From Octopus vulgaris (lineage: Eukaryota): a DNA stretch of 64,000 bases. The notes under the pieces are model-generated. The model was not told the DNA's origin. It did not search any database and saw only the letters and a program-made list of their open reading frames with translations. Position numbers and translations under genes: made by a program. This document shows, one piece after another, positions 1 through 15,788 of this stretch (positions are counted from its first letter, which is position 1; every line of letters begins with the position of its first letter). The stretch is taken from contig OX597825.1 of assembly GCA_951406725.2 (NCBI GenBank), forward strand, positions 29,450,001 through 29,514,000. Direction: 5' to 3'.

Positions 1-170
1 ACATCTGATTCCTTTAATACCAAATTTCTTTCTTAGATTATTTGTGTTCTTGCGTTCATGCATACAAACATTACACATCCTGCTGAGCATGTCCATCACA
101 TTTCTTCCAGCCTCTGAGATACAGAGTGTTTTTGATTATTACACATCATCTCAGTTCCCATATAGGCATC
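1..170 (-). mobile_element. Decayed RTE-type LINE fragment (post-RT region)
   Basis: Minus strand translates DMLSRMCNVCMHERKNTNNLRKKFGIKGIRC, resembling the MLRWMC...LR..LGI segment that follows the RT domain in RTE LINEs; no long ORF. Confidence 0.55.
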
Positions 171-454
171 ACACACCTTGGCTTTCACGTGAAGTAAAAA
201 AAAACCTTTTGTTGTCAACAGAGGTAACAGTTCCCAGAACTTTATCTTCTATGTTCTAACCATTCCTGGTTAGCTTTCAAAACACAGATAATTTGATCAT
301 CTACGTACCTGAAACAATTCAAAACTTCTAGGAACCATCAAAGTATTTCAAAGAGTTTAATTAAAGACTAATTTTACAGCTACTTATCCTGTACATCTAT
401 CTACATTCAAAGTATTTCTTTTCTGTTAGCCTACCTGTGACCCTATTACATCTT

Positions 455-990
455 CATTCATCATCATCATTATTTAGCATCCGTTTTCCATGCTGGCATG
501 GGTTAGATGGTTTGACTGGAACTGGTAAGTCAAAGAGCTGTATCAGGCTCCAGTCTGATTTGGTTTGGCTTCTACAGCTGGATGCCCTTCCTAATGCCAA
601 CCACTCCAAGAGTATGATAGTGGAGGCACATGGCCTAGTGGTTAGAGCAGCGGACTCGCGGTTGAGGGATCATGAGTTTGATTCTCAGACTGGGTGATGT
701 GTGTGTTTATGGGTGAAGCACCTAAGCTCCACGGGGCTCCGGCAGAAGGTAACGGCGAACTTCTGCTGACTTTTTCACCACAACTTTCTCTCACTCTTTC
801 CTCCTGCATCTTGCAGCTCACCTGCGACAGACCAGTGTCCCATCCAGGTGGGGAACCTATAGGCCAAGGAAACTGGGAAACTGGCCCTATTGAGCCAGGC
901 ATGGCTTGAGAAGGAACAAACAAACAAGAGTATGGTGGGTGACTTTCATGTGCCACTGGCATTGCTTTTACATGTCACTGTTACAGGCCA
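455..990 (-). mobile_element. SINE family D ((CAT)n-tailed), interrupted by a nested SINE
   Basis: catcatcatttagcatccgttttccatgctggcatggg...ctacagctggatgcccttcctaatgccaaccactcc recurs at 2048, 11153, 25150-25400, 32855 and 42080. Confidence 0.8.
622..924 (+). mobile_element. SINE family C, full length, tRNA-derived head
   Basis: Head GGAGGCACATGGCCTAGTGGTTAGAGC (A box) and GAGTTTGATTCTC (B-box-like), (CAAA)n tail, TSD CAAGAGTATG at 607-616 and 925-934; second copy at 59057. Confidence 0.9.
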
Positions 991-1366
991 TGACAATGAT
1001 TACATCTCTTGTGAACCCATAGTTTCCAAAAGATAAACTGTATGGAGGGTTTACCCATGGCTTCTTTCCTGCATATTAAATATCACCAAATGGTAGCAGA
1101 GTCCTGTTAACTTTTTTCTTCTAACTAAAACATTTCCTTTGCTCACTTTCTCTTGAGAATGCTTGATTCTAGGATTTGCTAATCTTTGATAATTCAGTTG
1201 TATTATCAAAGAATGACTCCTTGGGCTTGATTATGAATTCAGATACTTACACACACACAAACAAGAACATGCACTCACACACAAACATACATACACACAC
1301 ACACACATACAATATTTTTTTCTTTTTCACATCACCATATCATCACTATCACAACAATTTTCAACC

Positions 1367-1578
1367 TCACCACCACCACCACCTCTACCACTACCTCTAC
1401 CACCACCACCACCACCACCACCACCACCACCACCCCCGCCACCGCCGCTACCGCCGCCAACTACCACCACCACCATCACCACCACCATCACCACCACCAC
1501 CACCACCACCACCTCTGCCACTACCTCTACCACCACCACCACCCCTGCCGCCACCACTGCTGCCACCACCACCACCAT
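1367..1578. repeat. (CAC/CCA)n compound trinucleotide repeat
   Basis: Visible directly; explains the poly-His, poly-Pro and poly-Gly ORFs. Confidence 0.95.
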
Positions 1579-2047
1579 TGTAGTCATTCAAATATTTTCA
1601 TACTCATTTTCCACACTGCGGGATAATATAAGCTTTTAAAAAATGAAAAGGTTTTGGTTCTTATCTTCTGCATATATAAACATTTTGGGGATTTATTTAA
1701 GGTTTTATGAGCAGAATTCCTATCTAATTAAACATGTTTAGAAAAAAATAAAAAAGAAAACAACTTAATTATATGATATTACATTTTTACCACATTTCTA
1801 TGAGTCACCAATCACATTAATGTTTGATCATAATTTTGCCAGCCTTGTTCATCTTTGATACGTAAAATATGGCAAAATAATAGCATATGGAGTGACAGAA
1901 CTAAAATTAGTCACAGATTCTCAGATACGACATTATACAATTGTCATACAAGCTGCAAACAGTTCTGATATGTATACATGTATATATGTGTGTGTATTTG
2001 AATCGTGTGTGTATGCATGTGATTGTATGCTTGTGTGTATATGTATA

Positions 2048-2089
2048 TCATCATCATCATCATCGTCATCATCATCATCATCATCATCG

Positions 2090-2129
<40 letters not shown>

Positions 2130-2262
2130 TATTTAACATTCACTGTCCATGCTGGCATGGGTTGGACAGTTTGATCAGGGCTGGCATGCTGGAAGGCTGC
2201 ACCAGACACCAGTCTGATTTGGTATGGTTTTCTACATCTGGACGCCCTTCCTGACACCAATC
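2048..2262 (-). mobile_element. SINE family D, 3' part with long (CAT)n tail
   Basis: Same body as the 455 copy, preceded by about 27 CAT units. Confidence 0.8.
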
Positions 2263-2292
2263 AAGGCAGTGCCCCAGCATGGCCAGTTGCTT

Positions 2293-2675
2293 TGCTGGAG
2301 CACTGCTTTAAAGGACTTTTAGTCAAGCAAATCAATTACAGAACTAAAGTCTTTATAAGCCTGGTGATTAGTCTGTCAGTCTCTTATGCCAAACTGCTAA
2401 GTTACAGACATAACAAACCAATGCTGGTTATCAAGCTGTGGTGGGGCACAAACATAAAGACACACACACACGCACACATATGCATGCATGCACACACATG
2501 CATGCACATACACACACACATGCGTGCACACACACACAGAAACAGACACACACACACACACATGCATATTTCTTAGTTTCCATCTACCAAATCCACTCCC
2601 AAGGCTTTTGGTTGACTCAAGGATATTGTGGAAGACACTTGTCCAAGGTGCCATGCAGTGGGACAGAACATAGAA
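2293..2675 (-). mobile_element. SINE family A (tRNA head, internal microsatellite)
   Basis: Reverse complement of the element at 50201; contains ctaccaaatccactc and gaagacacttgtccaaggtgccatgcagtgggac. Confidence 0.85.
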
Positions 2676-2799
2676 CAACCATCTGTTAAGAAAAAAACAA
2701 GCAATTTAACCAAAATTTAATTACGAAAATTATTGAGAGCTAGTTAGATGAGAACATGTCTAGTCACCAGAATTCGTTGTTCTTTAACCCCCAGACCAA

Positions 2800-3502
<703 letters not shown>

Positions 3503-3879
3503 GTACATAGACTAGGATTAGCACAACATTATCGCATATGTCTCCTTTCTAAGCTGATGGGATGAAATTTGAGGGATGTGGTTGATATTTCTAGCAGGTC
3601 AAGTTGCTGCATAAATGCTCTCTCATTGAGGTTGATCAGCATAGAAGAAGTGGCTGAGGTCATGCACCATAAATAGAAAATGCTTATCGGGTATGTACCC
3701 AGGTATAATGGTGAAATATGATTGTAGTCAACAGGCCATGAAATTCTTGATAAGAGATAGCTAGGTGAGATACGAATAAGACTGATTGGCCTTGCAAGTA
3801 GGAAAACACACAATCAAAATGCTTGTTGTCTTATATGATATTGCCTGGTAAAACAGATTCCATCATGGTAAACATGGCA

Positions 3880-4572
<693 letters not shown>

Positions 4573-5229
4573 TAAATTTTCATATCAATTTAGTTTTCAT
4601 CTATATAATATTATAGTCTTTTGCTTTTGCTTTTTTTTTTATTTTAGTTCATTTTATTTTATTCTATTTATTTATTTATTTTTTCTTCTTGGGTCTTTTA
4701 GATGTAGAAAGCATTACAGAATAAACAAGATTTTTAAATGTTAAAACCAGATTCAAAGCAATGCTACCATAAATTTGGCATAGCAAACAAGATGAAGCAA
4801 AATTATATATAAATTTTGCAGAAAATATCATCACATCATGAGTTGCTGCCATTATCAGGCAAAGAAAAAAAAAAGAAAAAATACGAACATAATTTTTACG
4901 ATCAAACATATTTGAATGACATATTTGATATAAAATGTAAAAAAAATGGTAAAGAAGCAAAGAAGAAAAAAAAAAAACCTCAACTATTTTGTGGGGAGTG
5001 CATATTCTGCAAATATCATCATACATGGTTATAAATATTCTTGGATTCCATTTTGTATTCATGGAGCATTTGAATATAGAGAAAGGTTACTTCATGAACA
5101 CATTGATATGCTACATTGAGTAGAATCCGTCATTTAAGACTTAAGCTGACCCACAACATGGAAATCTGTTGATTAGTTAATCTTTGCACTTAGGTTCATC
5201 TCACATCTTTTCCTTGTTTCAGTATTTGG

Positions 5230-5545
5230 AATGTAGCCAAGTCGGGGCATAGTCTTGAAGGGTTTAGTCAAACATATCGACGCCAGTACCCATCTTATTA
5301 AAACCTAGAACCTTTTCTATCAGTCTCTTGTGCTGAACTGCTAAGTTATGGGGATGTATACAAGCCAACACCAACCAACACATACATACATATAAATATA
5401 TATATATATATATGATGGGCTTCTTTCAGTTTCCATCCCCCCAAACCACACGCAAGGCTTTGGTCAGCTGGGGCTGTCATGCAGTGGAACTGAACCTGGG
5501 ACCATGCGTATGAGAAGCTAAAGTCTTACAGAATAGCCATGTCTG
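5230..5545 (-). mobile_element. SINE family A, degenerate
   Basis: gctgaactgctaagttatggggatgta...gatgggcttctttcagtttcc...gcagtggaactgaacctggg. Confidence 0.75.
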
Positions 5546-6253
5546 TCCCTAGACATAATCTTCTTTTCTTCATTGCATGGGTAGTTTGCCCTTATTTTTA
5601 TACAAAAACCCCAAAAATGAATTTTACTCAATATGTAAAGTTAGTCCTTGTGTTCAATATTCTGCAACAAAAATTGGTGTTCAAGACAAGCTTTGTCCAT
5701 TACTAGAATCACATAGCAACTCACATCTCTGACTCCATGCTAAAGTTATAATAGAATATAATGGAATTTTAGCAAAATGCAACCTGTCTCTTCATCATAG
5801 TTTCCTATACACATATTAAAAAAGAGATTCTACGTAGTCCTGCAGTGGTGGGAGCTAAATATTCCTCAATAAAGAATGAGTACACATATGGATGTATACA
5901 TGGAATGGAGAATAGTGGATGTGAACTATTATGGCAGATGAAATTATTAAGCCAATGGTAAATATCACAAGTTGTTGAGAGGATGAATAAAAAACAAACT
6001 GTCAGTTTGTGAAATATAGATGTAGTTGTGGTGAGCATAGTGGAGATATTTCAGCTAGAGAAGGACTAATGTGACTAAAGTATTCATCAACACACAGCCT
6101 AACGACTATCAACACATGGTCTAACACGTACTGTCAAAATTCTGGCCTTTCCAACCTTCCTCTGTTGACCGGTTACTTGTCTATTTATAATGGCTGACTC
6201 CTACCACTTTTTACTAGAAGTGTACAGTCTCACTATACAACATTGAGTGAGAG

Positions 6254-6720
6254 AGCAATGCATGCCATCAAAGTGACACTGGGGTAAAATATGCGAAGCC
6301 CAGTATACCTATCGTAACTACCTGTCTGATAAGGATACACCTGGCACATGCATCATGACCATATGTGCACAACATGGTGATCTCATATCAAGATAAACAG
6401 CGCATGACATTGCAGGGTGGGGGCTCGGTTAGAATTTTTTTCAGGTTCAGTAGCCCATCTCACTGAAATGGACCTTGAATAAGGATTATTTAAGGATGTT
6501 GAATGAAACACCCATGTTTCCAAAGGTGAATTACCCAAACTCCAAAGAATTCCTCTCAGCATATGGCTATGATGTTCCCCCAATACTTCTGCTCATGATT
6601 AGAGATGCACATATCGTCAGCTACCAAGGGACATGCTCAACTGGTTAAGGTCAAACTGAAAAGCAAATCTATAGTACTGAGCAGAGTATTTGCTGTAGCC
6701 TATCTTTTATACCAAGACAA
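6254..6720. repeat. Probable interspersed repeat, unclassified
   Basis: GC-richer block distinct from its flanks and ending at a (TAT)n tract; single copy in this window, so repeat status is inferred. Confidence 0.4.
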
Positions 6721-7666
6721 ATTGCTAATTATTATTATTATTATTATTATTATTATTTTAATTATTATTATTAGTTATATATATATATATTGATAGATAT
6801 AGATATATTCATATATATATGTATATATATATGTGTATGCTTATATATGTGTGTGTATATATGTATATATACATAAATATAAACAGAAGTGTATGCATAT
6901 ATATATATTCAAATATCTGCATGCATATATATACACACACACATATGTATGTATATATATATATATATACACACACACATACACATGTATATACATGAAC
7001 ATGTGTGTGTGCATGTGTACATTTTCTGGTGACTTTAAACTGTTTCAATCCTACATTATAGAACAAGCATACCTCCATTAAATGCAATTTAGCCAAAGTT
7101 GAAATGCCACTGGAATTTCCTTTGGTTATTTCTATGCCACTCACTTGCTTCAACAAATCCGACTGCCTCGACTTAGCAGCAGAAAAGCACAACAAGGCCC
7201 TTTTAATTTTACTATGATTCTCTCACCACCTAGAACAATCATCTTTTGTGTATATTTTCATTGATATATGATCTGCACACAAGACCCTCTCTCTGTCTAT
7301 CCACTAATATATACAAAGTAATTGTCAGCTCTCAGAATTTCATACAACAAACTGGTGGATGCTTTCATTCAAATGCATTTAGAATAGTATTAACAGCAGC
7401 TATTCTTAAACATATGACTCAACCATTGACTTATAAACACTCACTCACATACATATACACAGCATGCTCACTAACACACACACACACACATGAACACATG
7501 CACACACATACTTTCTTACTCACACAGCCGTGCTCACACAGACGTTTCAAGAGTGTTGAACGCAACATAACTAAAGATATTACAGTAAATAAAACAACAA
7601 TTTGGGATCCTTCTCAAAGGAATAATAAACTACAAAACTTTTGCAAAATACCCTCATATATATATA

Positions 7667-8070
7667 CTAGCAGTATAGCTCGGCGTTGCTTGGGTTTGTT
7701 TTCTTATTGATCCTTTTGAATCGGAATTTTTGAAAAGTCAAAATTTTGCATTATGTAGCTTGTTATTCTCTTTAAGTGAACATTTTTCTGGTTGAAACAC
7801 ACCGTAAAATGGCGACACAGGAGTAAAAAAAATCGTTAAAAAAATAGGGATTTTCATAGAAAAAAAGCACCTTTTTGATGTAAATAATTTTTGTTGTTAA
7901 TATGGTCCGATTTGAATTTTATCTTCTACAGAATGAAGAGCAAGCCTTCTTCTAACATACTCTGAATTTTGGTCAACTTGCGCCACAGGGTCTCGGAGGA
8001 GATAGTGTTAGTTGAAGGCTACCAAACCTGCCACACACACACACAGACAACTTTAGCTTTATATATAAAG
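7667..8070 (-). mobile_element. Non-autonomous Helitron
   Basis: Minus-strand 3' end CCCAAGCAACGCCGAG (degenerate hairpin) then CTATACTG-CTAG followed by T; 5' end cTTTATATATAAAGCT followed by (TG)n. These match Helitron termini. Confidence 0.7.
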
Positions 8071-8276
8071 CTATATCATCTGAGGGATCTGACAAATTGC
8101 TTTACATGATTTATTCTGAATCCTTACATTCCGAGTTCAAATCCTGCTACAGTCAACTTTGTTTTTCATCACTCCTGTCAAAGTTACAAGTCTTGTGTTA
8201 AAATCATCATCATTCTCATCATCATGACCACCAACACCACTGTCATCATCGTGTAATTTCTATTGAAAGGAGAATA

Positions 8277-8501
8277 ACTTGTTTGTAACCAAATGTCTGT
8301 TGAAGTACACGACTTTTGTTTTGGTTAATTTTGGAAATACTGAAGAATTTAGTGAAATAACTTTGTCATCATTAAACTGGTGTTTGGAACAATAAATTAG
8401 TATGAAATTTTGATGGATAGTTTTAAATTTAGATCACTTTGAAACCTGAAGTTTGTATTATAGAGCCAGGAGCAGTTTCAAGCAAGTTCATTTTAAAAGG
8501 G
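8277..8501. mobile_element. Old piggyBac-type MITE copy
   Basis: Shares aagaatttagt.aaataact...aaactggtgtttggaaca...aaaaggg with 47695-47922 and 52849-53075. Confidence 0.6.
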
Positions 8502-8952
8502 AAAGAGACAAAATTTGTCTAATCAGCAAAATACCGTTAAAAATATCTTATATCTTCTAGAAATGATTTTGTATGTATACATGTTTATATTGGTGATTGT
8601 ATGTGTGCAAAAGTTTGGATATATCTGGATATGTGTGTGTGTGTTTATGTTTGTGTATGTGTTTGTATGAAAAAGTTGGTATAATGCTTGTTTATGCTTT
8701 TGTCTAAGTATAGTATTTAATTTTCAGTGAAATGAATACTTTAAACTTTTAATCTGCTGTTTTAATACAATAGAATAATCTGTTTTCTAAATAAATGAAA
8801 AAAGTAACTAAATTCATTTCTTTATTTAGTATAAAATGAAACAAGTAATGGTATTGATTTGTGTCTATGTGCGTTTATATTTTGATACATACATAGAGAC
8901 ACACATGGATATAAACATACACATATGCATATACACACACAGATGCACACTC

Positions 8953-9008
<56 letters not shown>

Positions 9009-9297
9009 ATGGATATATATATATACCTATGGATATACACACAGATGGTTTAGTTTATTAAATTTTGGAATTGAAATCAATATTCTTTTATAATCTTTAA
9101 TTTAGTAGGAGAGGAATAAAGAAATTGGTTTTTGTGGTTTTTCTTTCAATTCTTCGAGAAATGAAGAAGTTGTCATATTTCAACATTGCAGCATTTCCTT
9201 GATTTATGATTTAACAGATGAAAATATTAAGAGTTTGCAGTTCTTCATTCTACCAATATTACTGTTATCATTGTTTTGTCATTGTTTATTATTATTA

Positions 9298-9334
<37 letters not shown>

Positions 9335-10970
9335 TACTACATCTACAACTACTATTACTACTACTTCTCTTTTTTGTTTTGTTTTTGATTTTGTTGTTTT
9401 CTTTGTTTTTGTTTTTTTGCCCTTTATTTGATTATATATAAATTTATTTCCATACTTTGACTAATGTTAACTTTTATTTCTGAAGACATATTTAAGTTTA
9501 GTGAGAGTTAATCCAAGAAAATAATTGCTTGTTGCCATAAGAGGTCAAGCATGAAACACTCTGCTTCCACCGTTAATGCTACAACAAACTGCTGCATCTG
9601 CAAACAGAGTTGGTTCAACTTGGCTTCACTTCAGTTGTCTGTTAGTCTCTAATCTTGCTGCTAAATATGTGTGGCACAATTTTCCTTGTGTAATCCCTCA
9701 ATGTGTAGTATTTACAAAAATCTATTTTGAGCAGGTTTATAAGAATGTTTCAGACTTTGAAAAGCCTATGTGTGGACCATCCAGAATGGGATAAAACATT
9801 CTTAAATTCTTACATTTATCAGCATGTCTGCAAAAATTTATTCCAGCAACCAAATTCAGCTTAGCAGAAGTCTTTGGTTGGATTACCTGTTGTTGTTGCT
9901 GTTATTGTTAATTCCAAGTTAAATCTGCTAGAGTAAACTTATGATCAAGTGTTCAAACCATGATAATTCCACATTTTTTAAAGGTATAGTCATTCTGGGA
10001 CTACATTATTCTAGATTTGCCTTACTTCTTTTGAGAGAATAGCTTGTGATTTGAGGATATTGTTTGTTATTTCTATAAGGTCAAACTTCAGGATTCCACA
10101 ATTCAGCACAATTCAGCACAATTCAATGTAACTAGTTGCAGGTTTGGAGAATGTCTGTTCCAGCAGGTATATCTCATTCTAGGGTGTCACAAGAGGCAAG
10201 CTGAAATATAAAGGGTTGGCAGCTGGAAGAGCATCCAACTGTAAAATACTGGCATACTGTGCAACACTTGGAAAAAAGCCAATACCTATACACTTAGACA
10301 GAGTTAGCAGTTACAGACAACAGTAAATAAATAACACTTTAAATTGTTCTCTCACCAGAATCATCCATCAGTTTTACTATTAAGGTAGAAAAGATTATTT
10401 GAAACTATTTGTTTTGTAGACTCTACATCACAAATGGGTAGTTTGATTAGATAGTTTTTCTCTTTCAGCAATTTTCTTTTCTTATTTTTTTCCCCTTCTA
10501 GTTAGAAAAATCCAAAATCAATATAGTTAAGGTGTTTTTATAAACTGTAATAGGCTAGGGGAATATCTGTAATTGAATTTTTTTTTCAACCTTGAAGTTA
10601 AATTCAATAAAGATTGAGATTTCTTTTTTCCCTTCTATCATTTCAAAACTGGTTTTAGTTATTTTTGTTATTAAATTTTAATTGAAGGTTGAATTCCAAT
10701 TTCAGATTTTAAAATGTTTTCTATTCAATTGAAGCATTTCCTTCTTGTTTGGACTTCATTTTAGGAAAACAATTTAGTTTTATCAGCTACGAAATTTAAT
10801 TTGAAAAAAAAGAATACAATAGATTTGTTTAATATTTTCCTTTTGTCAATGCATAGTCTGAAGTTCTATTTCACTGTATGGACCCCTGGACGGGTATCTT
10901 CTGTAATGTAAGACTGACCAATGCAATGCCTCGTGGATAACTCTGGAAGTCAGAAACTGTGTGTAAGTCT

Positions 10971-11033
<63 letters not shown>

Positions 11034-11152
11034 ATGAATTTGTTGACTGGGAATGTCAACAAAATTGCTCTCAAAGTCTGCAATTTATAAGACAAGTGGA
11101 ATAAAGTTACCCATAATAGAAAAACAGTTAAGAGTCGGTAATAGAAAGGGGG

Positions 11153-11187
<35 letters not shown>

Positions 11188-11395
11188 GTTTAACGTCCGC
11201 TTTCCCTGCTAGCATGGGTTGGACGATTTGACTGAGGACTGGCAAACCAGATGGCTGCACCAGGCTCCAATCTTGATTTGGTAGAGTTTCTACAGCTGGA
11301 TGCCCTTCTTAACGCCAACCACTCCGAGAGTGTAGTGGGTGCTTTTACATGCCACTGGAATGAGGGCCAGTCAGACAGTACTGGCAATGACCACG
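11153..11395 (-). mobile_element. SINE family D
   Basis: (CAT)n followed by tttaacgtccgctttccctgctagcatgggttggacg... Confidence 0.85.
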
Positions 11396-11587
11396 ATAAA
11401 ATTGTGCTTTAATTTTTTTTAAACAAAGGCCAAATAATATTTATTCCTGTAACCCATGCTAGTATAGAAAAACAGACCTAAAACAAACAAATTTAAAGTA
11501 TCTAAAGGCAAAAAGCTATAGGTTTGATACCAGTAAAATATGAACATAATGCTGATATCATGGTTATTATGGCAGACTTAAGTTTAC

Positions 11588-11774
11588 CTTTCTGTAGCAC
11601 TATCAGGGCTGTTAATTACTCTTCATAATTTCTATCTTGGCTGAAATGGTGCCTAACTAAAGGGATTTAACAGTAGTTTTGAACGTTCTTTAACAGCTGA
11701 TATCAGTGAAAAGATCAATATTGCTTCTGTAATAGCAGAATCCTTTTACAACTGCTGAGCTCTGTCCTATTTCC
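11588..11774 (-). other. Candidate non-coding internal exon (187 nt)
   Basis: Minus strand: pyrimidine tract ttcttgtccctgtttcatctgtctgcctctatgttgaccttttAG|GG, then GAAAG|GTAAAC. Unique sequence with stops in all three frames. Confidence 0.45.
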
Positions 11775-12774
11775 CTAAAAGGTCAACATAGAGGCAGACA
11801 GATGAAACAGGGACAAGAATTTTTTTTTTTTCATCGCCCGTTATAATATGCAATGTCACTTAGAACATCTTGTAAGTTACTTTGAAATGAGAACTGACAC
11901 CATGGCTTTGGCAAAGTGTGTTATTAAATAGAAAACATTAAGATAATTCCAAGTTGGAATGCTTCAGTAAATACACAGACAAGTGTGTGATTATCACTGA
12001 ACTGCAAACTAAGAATACATTTTAGGGAATATTATAAATACTTTTTCTTCTATTTCATTAATTCTTTACACGATAAAGCTATTAGTTCTCTAAAGTCTTT
12101 GAGATAGGTGTCACCCTTAGGTCACTGACAAAATTGTTTATCCAAAGACTCCAGTTTTTAGATCAATATGTAGGCAATTCAATATTCTGCTTAAACTAGA
12201 TTGGATGTAGTTTTGCTTTTGGAGAGAAATGCATGATTTATTAAACAGTGTTTTAGTGTTTTAGACTCTATTTGTATCATGGAAGAAGCAGGAATTGGTA
12301 GGAGTAGTTCAGACTGGAGATATGCCTGGAGTGGTTATAATAAATATATCATATTTGTACTTAAATTAATCAAACTCAGATCTACGTATATTTGTTAATA
12401 CTTAGAAACAAATATTGCATATTCCAAAGAGTCATTCTGACAGCTTTGTACCAGCCACTTCCCTGTCTCTGCACCACCACCACCACCACCTCTTCCTCTT
12501 CCACCTCCTCCAGCATCTATAGAGGTAGAATCTGATCAGTAGTATATTTCAATTTTGAGCAAAAGAAATATAATTCCTCCTGAAAATAATGTGTCTTAAA
12601 GCTGTGGCATTGCTATAATTACAGATGCTAGTGAAATGAAAGAGTTGCAAACGGGAATGGAAACCAAAATAGCAAGAGTGACTCACTAAGATCTGACCCC
12701 CCCCCAACAGTCTTATATCCAGATGCACAACACACATACAATACATATTGTTTTGCATTACATATTATCTTTTA

Positions 12775-13186
12775 GTCTTTTACTCTTTTACTTGTTTCAG
12801 TCATGTGACTGTTGCCATGCTGGAGTACCGCCTTTAGCCGAGCAAATCGACGCCAAGAATTATTCTTTGTAAGCCTAGTACTTATTCTATCGGTTCTCTT
12901 TTGCCAAACTGCTAAGTTACGAAGACGTAAACACACCAGCATCGGTTGTCAAGTGATGTTGGAGTGGGGATGGGGGACAAACACAGACACAGTCACACAT
13001 ACACACACATATATACATATATATGACGGGCTTCTTTCAGTTTCCATCTACCAAATCCACTCACAAGGCTTTGGCTGGCCCAAAGCTTTAGTAGAAGACA
13101 CTTGCCCTAGGTGCCATGCAGTGGTACTGAACCCAGAACAATGTGGTTCATAAGCAAGCTACTGACCACACAGCCACACCTACGCC
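12775..13186 (-). mobile_element. SINE family A, full length
   Basis: Runs from tail tactctttacttgtttcagtca to head accacacagccacacctacgcc. Confidence 0.9.
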
Positions 13187-13644
13187 AATGTAAAATTATT
13201 AACGGTGTGATGGATAATATTTATCATATACAGGCAGAACTTACAGATTTATATACAGTGAAGTGTCCTTTCTTTTCTTTCCTTCTTTCTTTCTTTATTT
13301 ATTTGTGTTAGTCCTTCAGTCTTTCTTTAATTATCCCCATCATCATCATTGCCGTTGCCATCCTCGTTGTCATCATCATCAGCAACATTGTCGTCATCAT
13401 CGTCATCGTCATCATCATCACCATTTTCTAATTGTGCATATGTTCGAAATTGTGCATATGAAGCAATATATATTAGATGTCAACACCTAAATGAGAAAAT
13501 GGTGTGAAAGCAAAGGTTTCTAGTTGCTACAATTTAAATTATACTCTTCCAAATAGAGATTGCGTGATTCTTCAATATATCTACTCAAGCACTGAATTAC
13601 CACTCTTCTAAAACTAAATGCACTTACATATATTGCTTATATAT

Positions 13645-14043
13645 ACTCTTTTACTTGTTTTAGTCATATGACTGCGGCCATGCCGGAGCACCGCCTTTAG
13701 TCGAGCAAATCGACCCCAGGACTTATTCTTTGTAAACCTAGTACTTATTCTATTGGTTCTCTTTTGCCGAACTGCTAAGTTATGGGTATATAAACACACC
13801 AGCATCGATTGTCAAATGATGTTAGGGGTACAAACACAAACACACACACATGCATATATATATATATATATATATATATACGATGGGCTTCTTTCAGTTT
13901 CCGTCTACCAAATCCACTAACAAGGCTTTGGTCAGCCCAAGGCTATAGCAGAAGACACTTGCCCAAGGTGCCATGCAGTGAGAATGAACCTGGAACCATG
14001 TGGTTGGAAAGCAAGCTACTTACCACACAGCCACTCCTGCACG
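13645..14043 (-). mobile_element. SINE family A, full length
   Basis: Collinear with the 12775 copy. Confidence 0.9.
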
Positions 14044-14197
14044 GTGTTGGCTGCTATTTCTAGCATGTAAAACTTATCTGTCAAAGGGTAATTTTCTATT
14101 TTGAAATATGAACATGTTGTCTATTGACTATTTATACATGCTGGGCCACTGGTGGTGATATTTATAACGAATATTCACCACCCTATATATATGTATA

Positions 14198-14239
<42 letters not shown>

Positions 14240-14243
<4 letters not shown>

Positions 14244-14487
14244 TAAATAAAACATATGCATATATATATACATATATGTATGTACCTACCTCTACATGTA
14301 TATATACACGCATATATGAGTACAGGACACCAAAAAACGTCGAACACAATGAGAAATGAAAACATAGACACAAACCCAAGGAACTGGACATTTTTCTTAA
14401 ACACAAAAAAAATATAGAGTACAGGACAAATAACACAAGGAAAAAACCCCTTCTTCAGTTGCCATGGTTTCATCTACTCTACGTTTC

Positions 14488-14488
<1 letters not shown>
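14240..14488 (-). mobile_element. Penelope-like terminal fragment inside (TA)n, truncated at a hammerhead 3' half
   Basis: Bounded by (TA)n on both sides; minus strand begins CGAAACGTAgagta (GAAA, ACGT palindrome, UH) with the 5' core missing. Confidence 0.45.
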
Positions 14489-14550
<62 letters not shown>

Positions 14551-14944
14551 GTACGTATATTATATATTTTGTATGTATGCATGCATGTATATATATAAAT
14601 ATATGTATATGTACAGAGAATGTTGATATGGATACAGGTATGAATAATAGCTTGTTATATATTGGGCTAAAAGCCCCTTTGGTTGGTAAATGATTGAGAG
14701 CAAATTGTGGGTTCAATTTCCATACGTAGCCTTTGACCTTTTTTTCCCATCCAAGAGATTTTAAACCGAATATATTACGTACTGTCTTTTATAAGCCGTC
14801 CTTACTCCAAGGCTCTTCCTAAGAATGATTTATTTTACATCTTAAAATTTGTACATTTTCATGGTTTAAACAAGCTTATATTTATATACATACATGCCTT
14901 CATACACACAGATACATACATACATACGTGCATGCATAAACACA

Positions 14945-14959
14945 TGTGTGTGTGTGTGG

Positions 14960-15003
<44 letters not shown>

Positions 15004-15019
15004 TTGTGTGTGTGTGTGG

Positions 15020-15114
<95 letters not shown>

Positions 15115-15145
15115 TTGTGTGTGTGTGTGGTTGTGTGTGTGTGTG

Positions 15146-15181
<36 letters not shown>

Positions 15182-15250
15182 TTGTGTGTGTATGTGTGGT
15201 TGTGTGTGTGTGTATGTGTGTGTGTGCGTATGTGTGTGTGTGTGTGTGTG
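14945..15250. repeat. (TG)n microsatellite with periodic GGTT interruptions
   Basis: Visible directly. Confidence 0.95.
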
Positions 15251-15584
15251 CACATACATCTGTATCCGTATATCCATGCCTTTGCTTGACAACACTTTGG
15301 CAGTGGGTTTTATTTATGTCTCCCATAAACAAAATAGCTGACAGTGGTTCCAACATGCAGGGATATGGAATAAAGTAGTTTACTTGGAAGAAACAAGTAA
15401 TATTTGGCATGAAGAATGGCATCGGGCCATTGAATACTGCCTCAAGTAGTTTCACCCAACTCTTATCTGCGTGGAAAATCTGGACATAAATATATAAATA
15501 TCACGACAATGATGATATTTATCTATCTATCTCACTATCTATGTCCACCAATATTTCTCTTTCTCACTATTTCTGTAGACTCAT

Positions 15585-15788
<204 letters not shown>

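Noticed and set aside
622-700. tRNA genes at SINE heads (also 59057 and 50201)
   Set aside because: A and B boxes are present but continue into SINE bodies with tails and TSDs; no complete acceptor stem.
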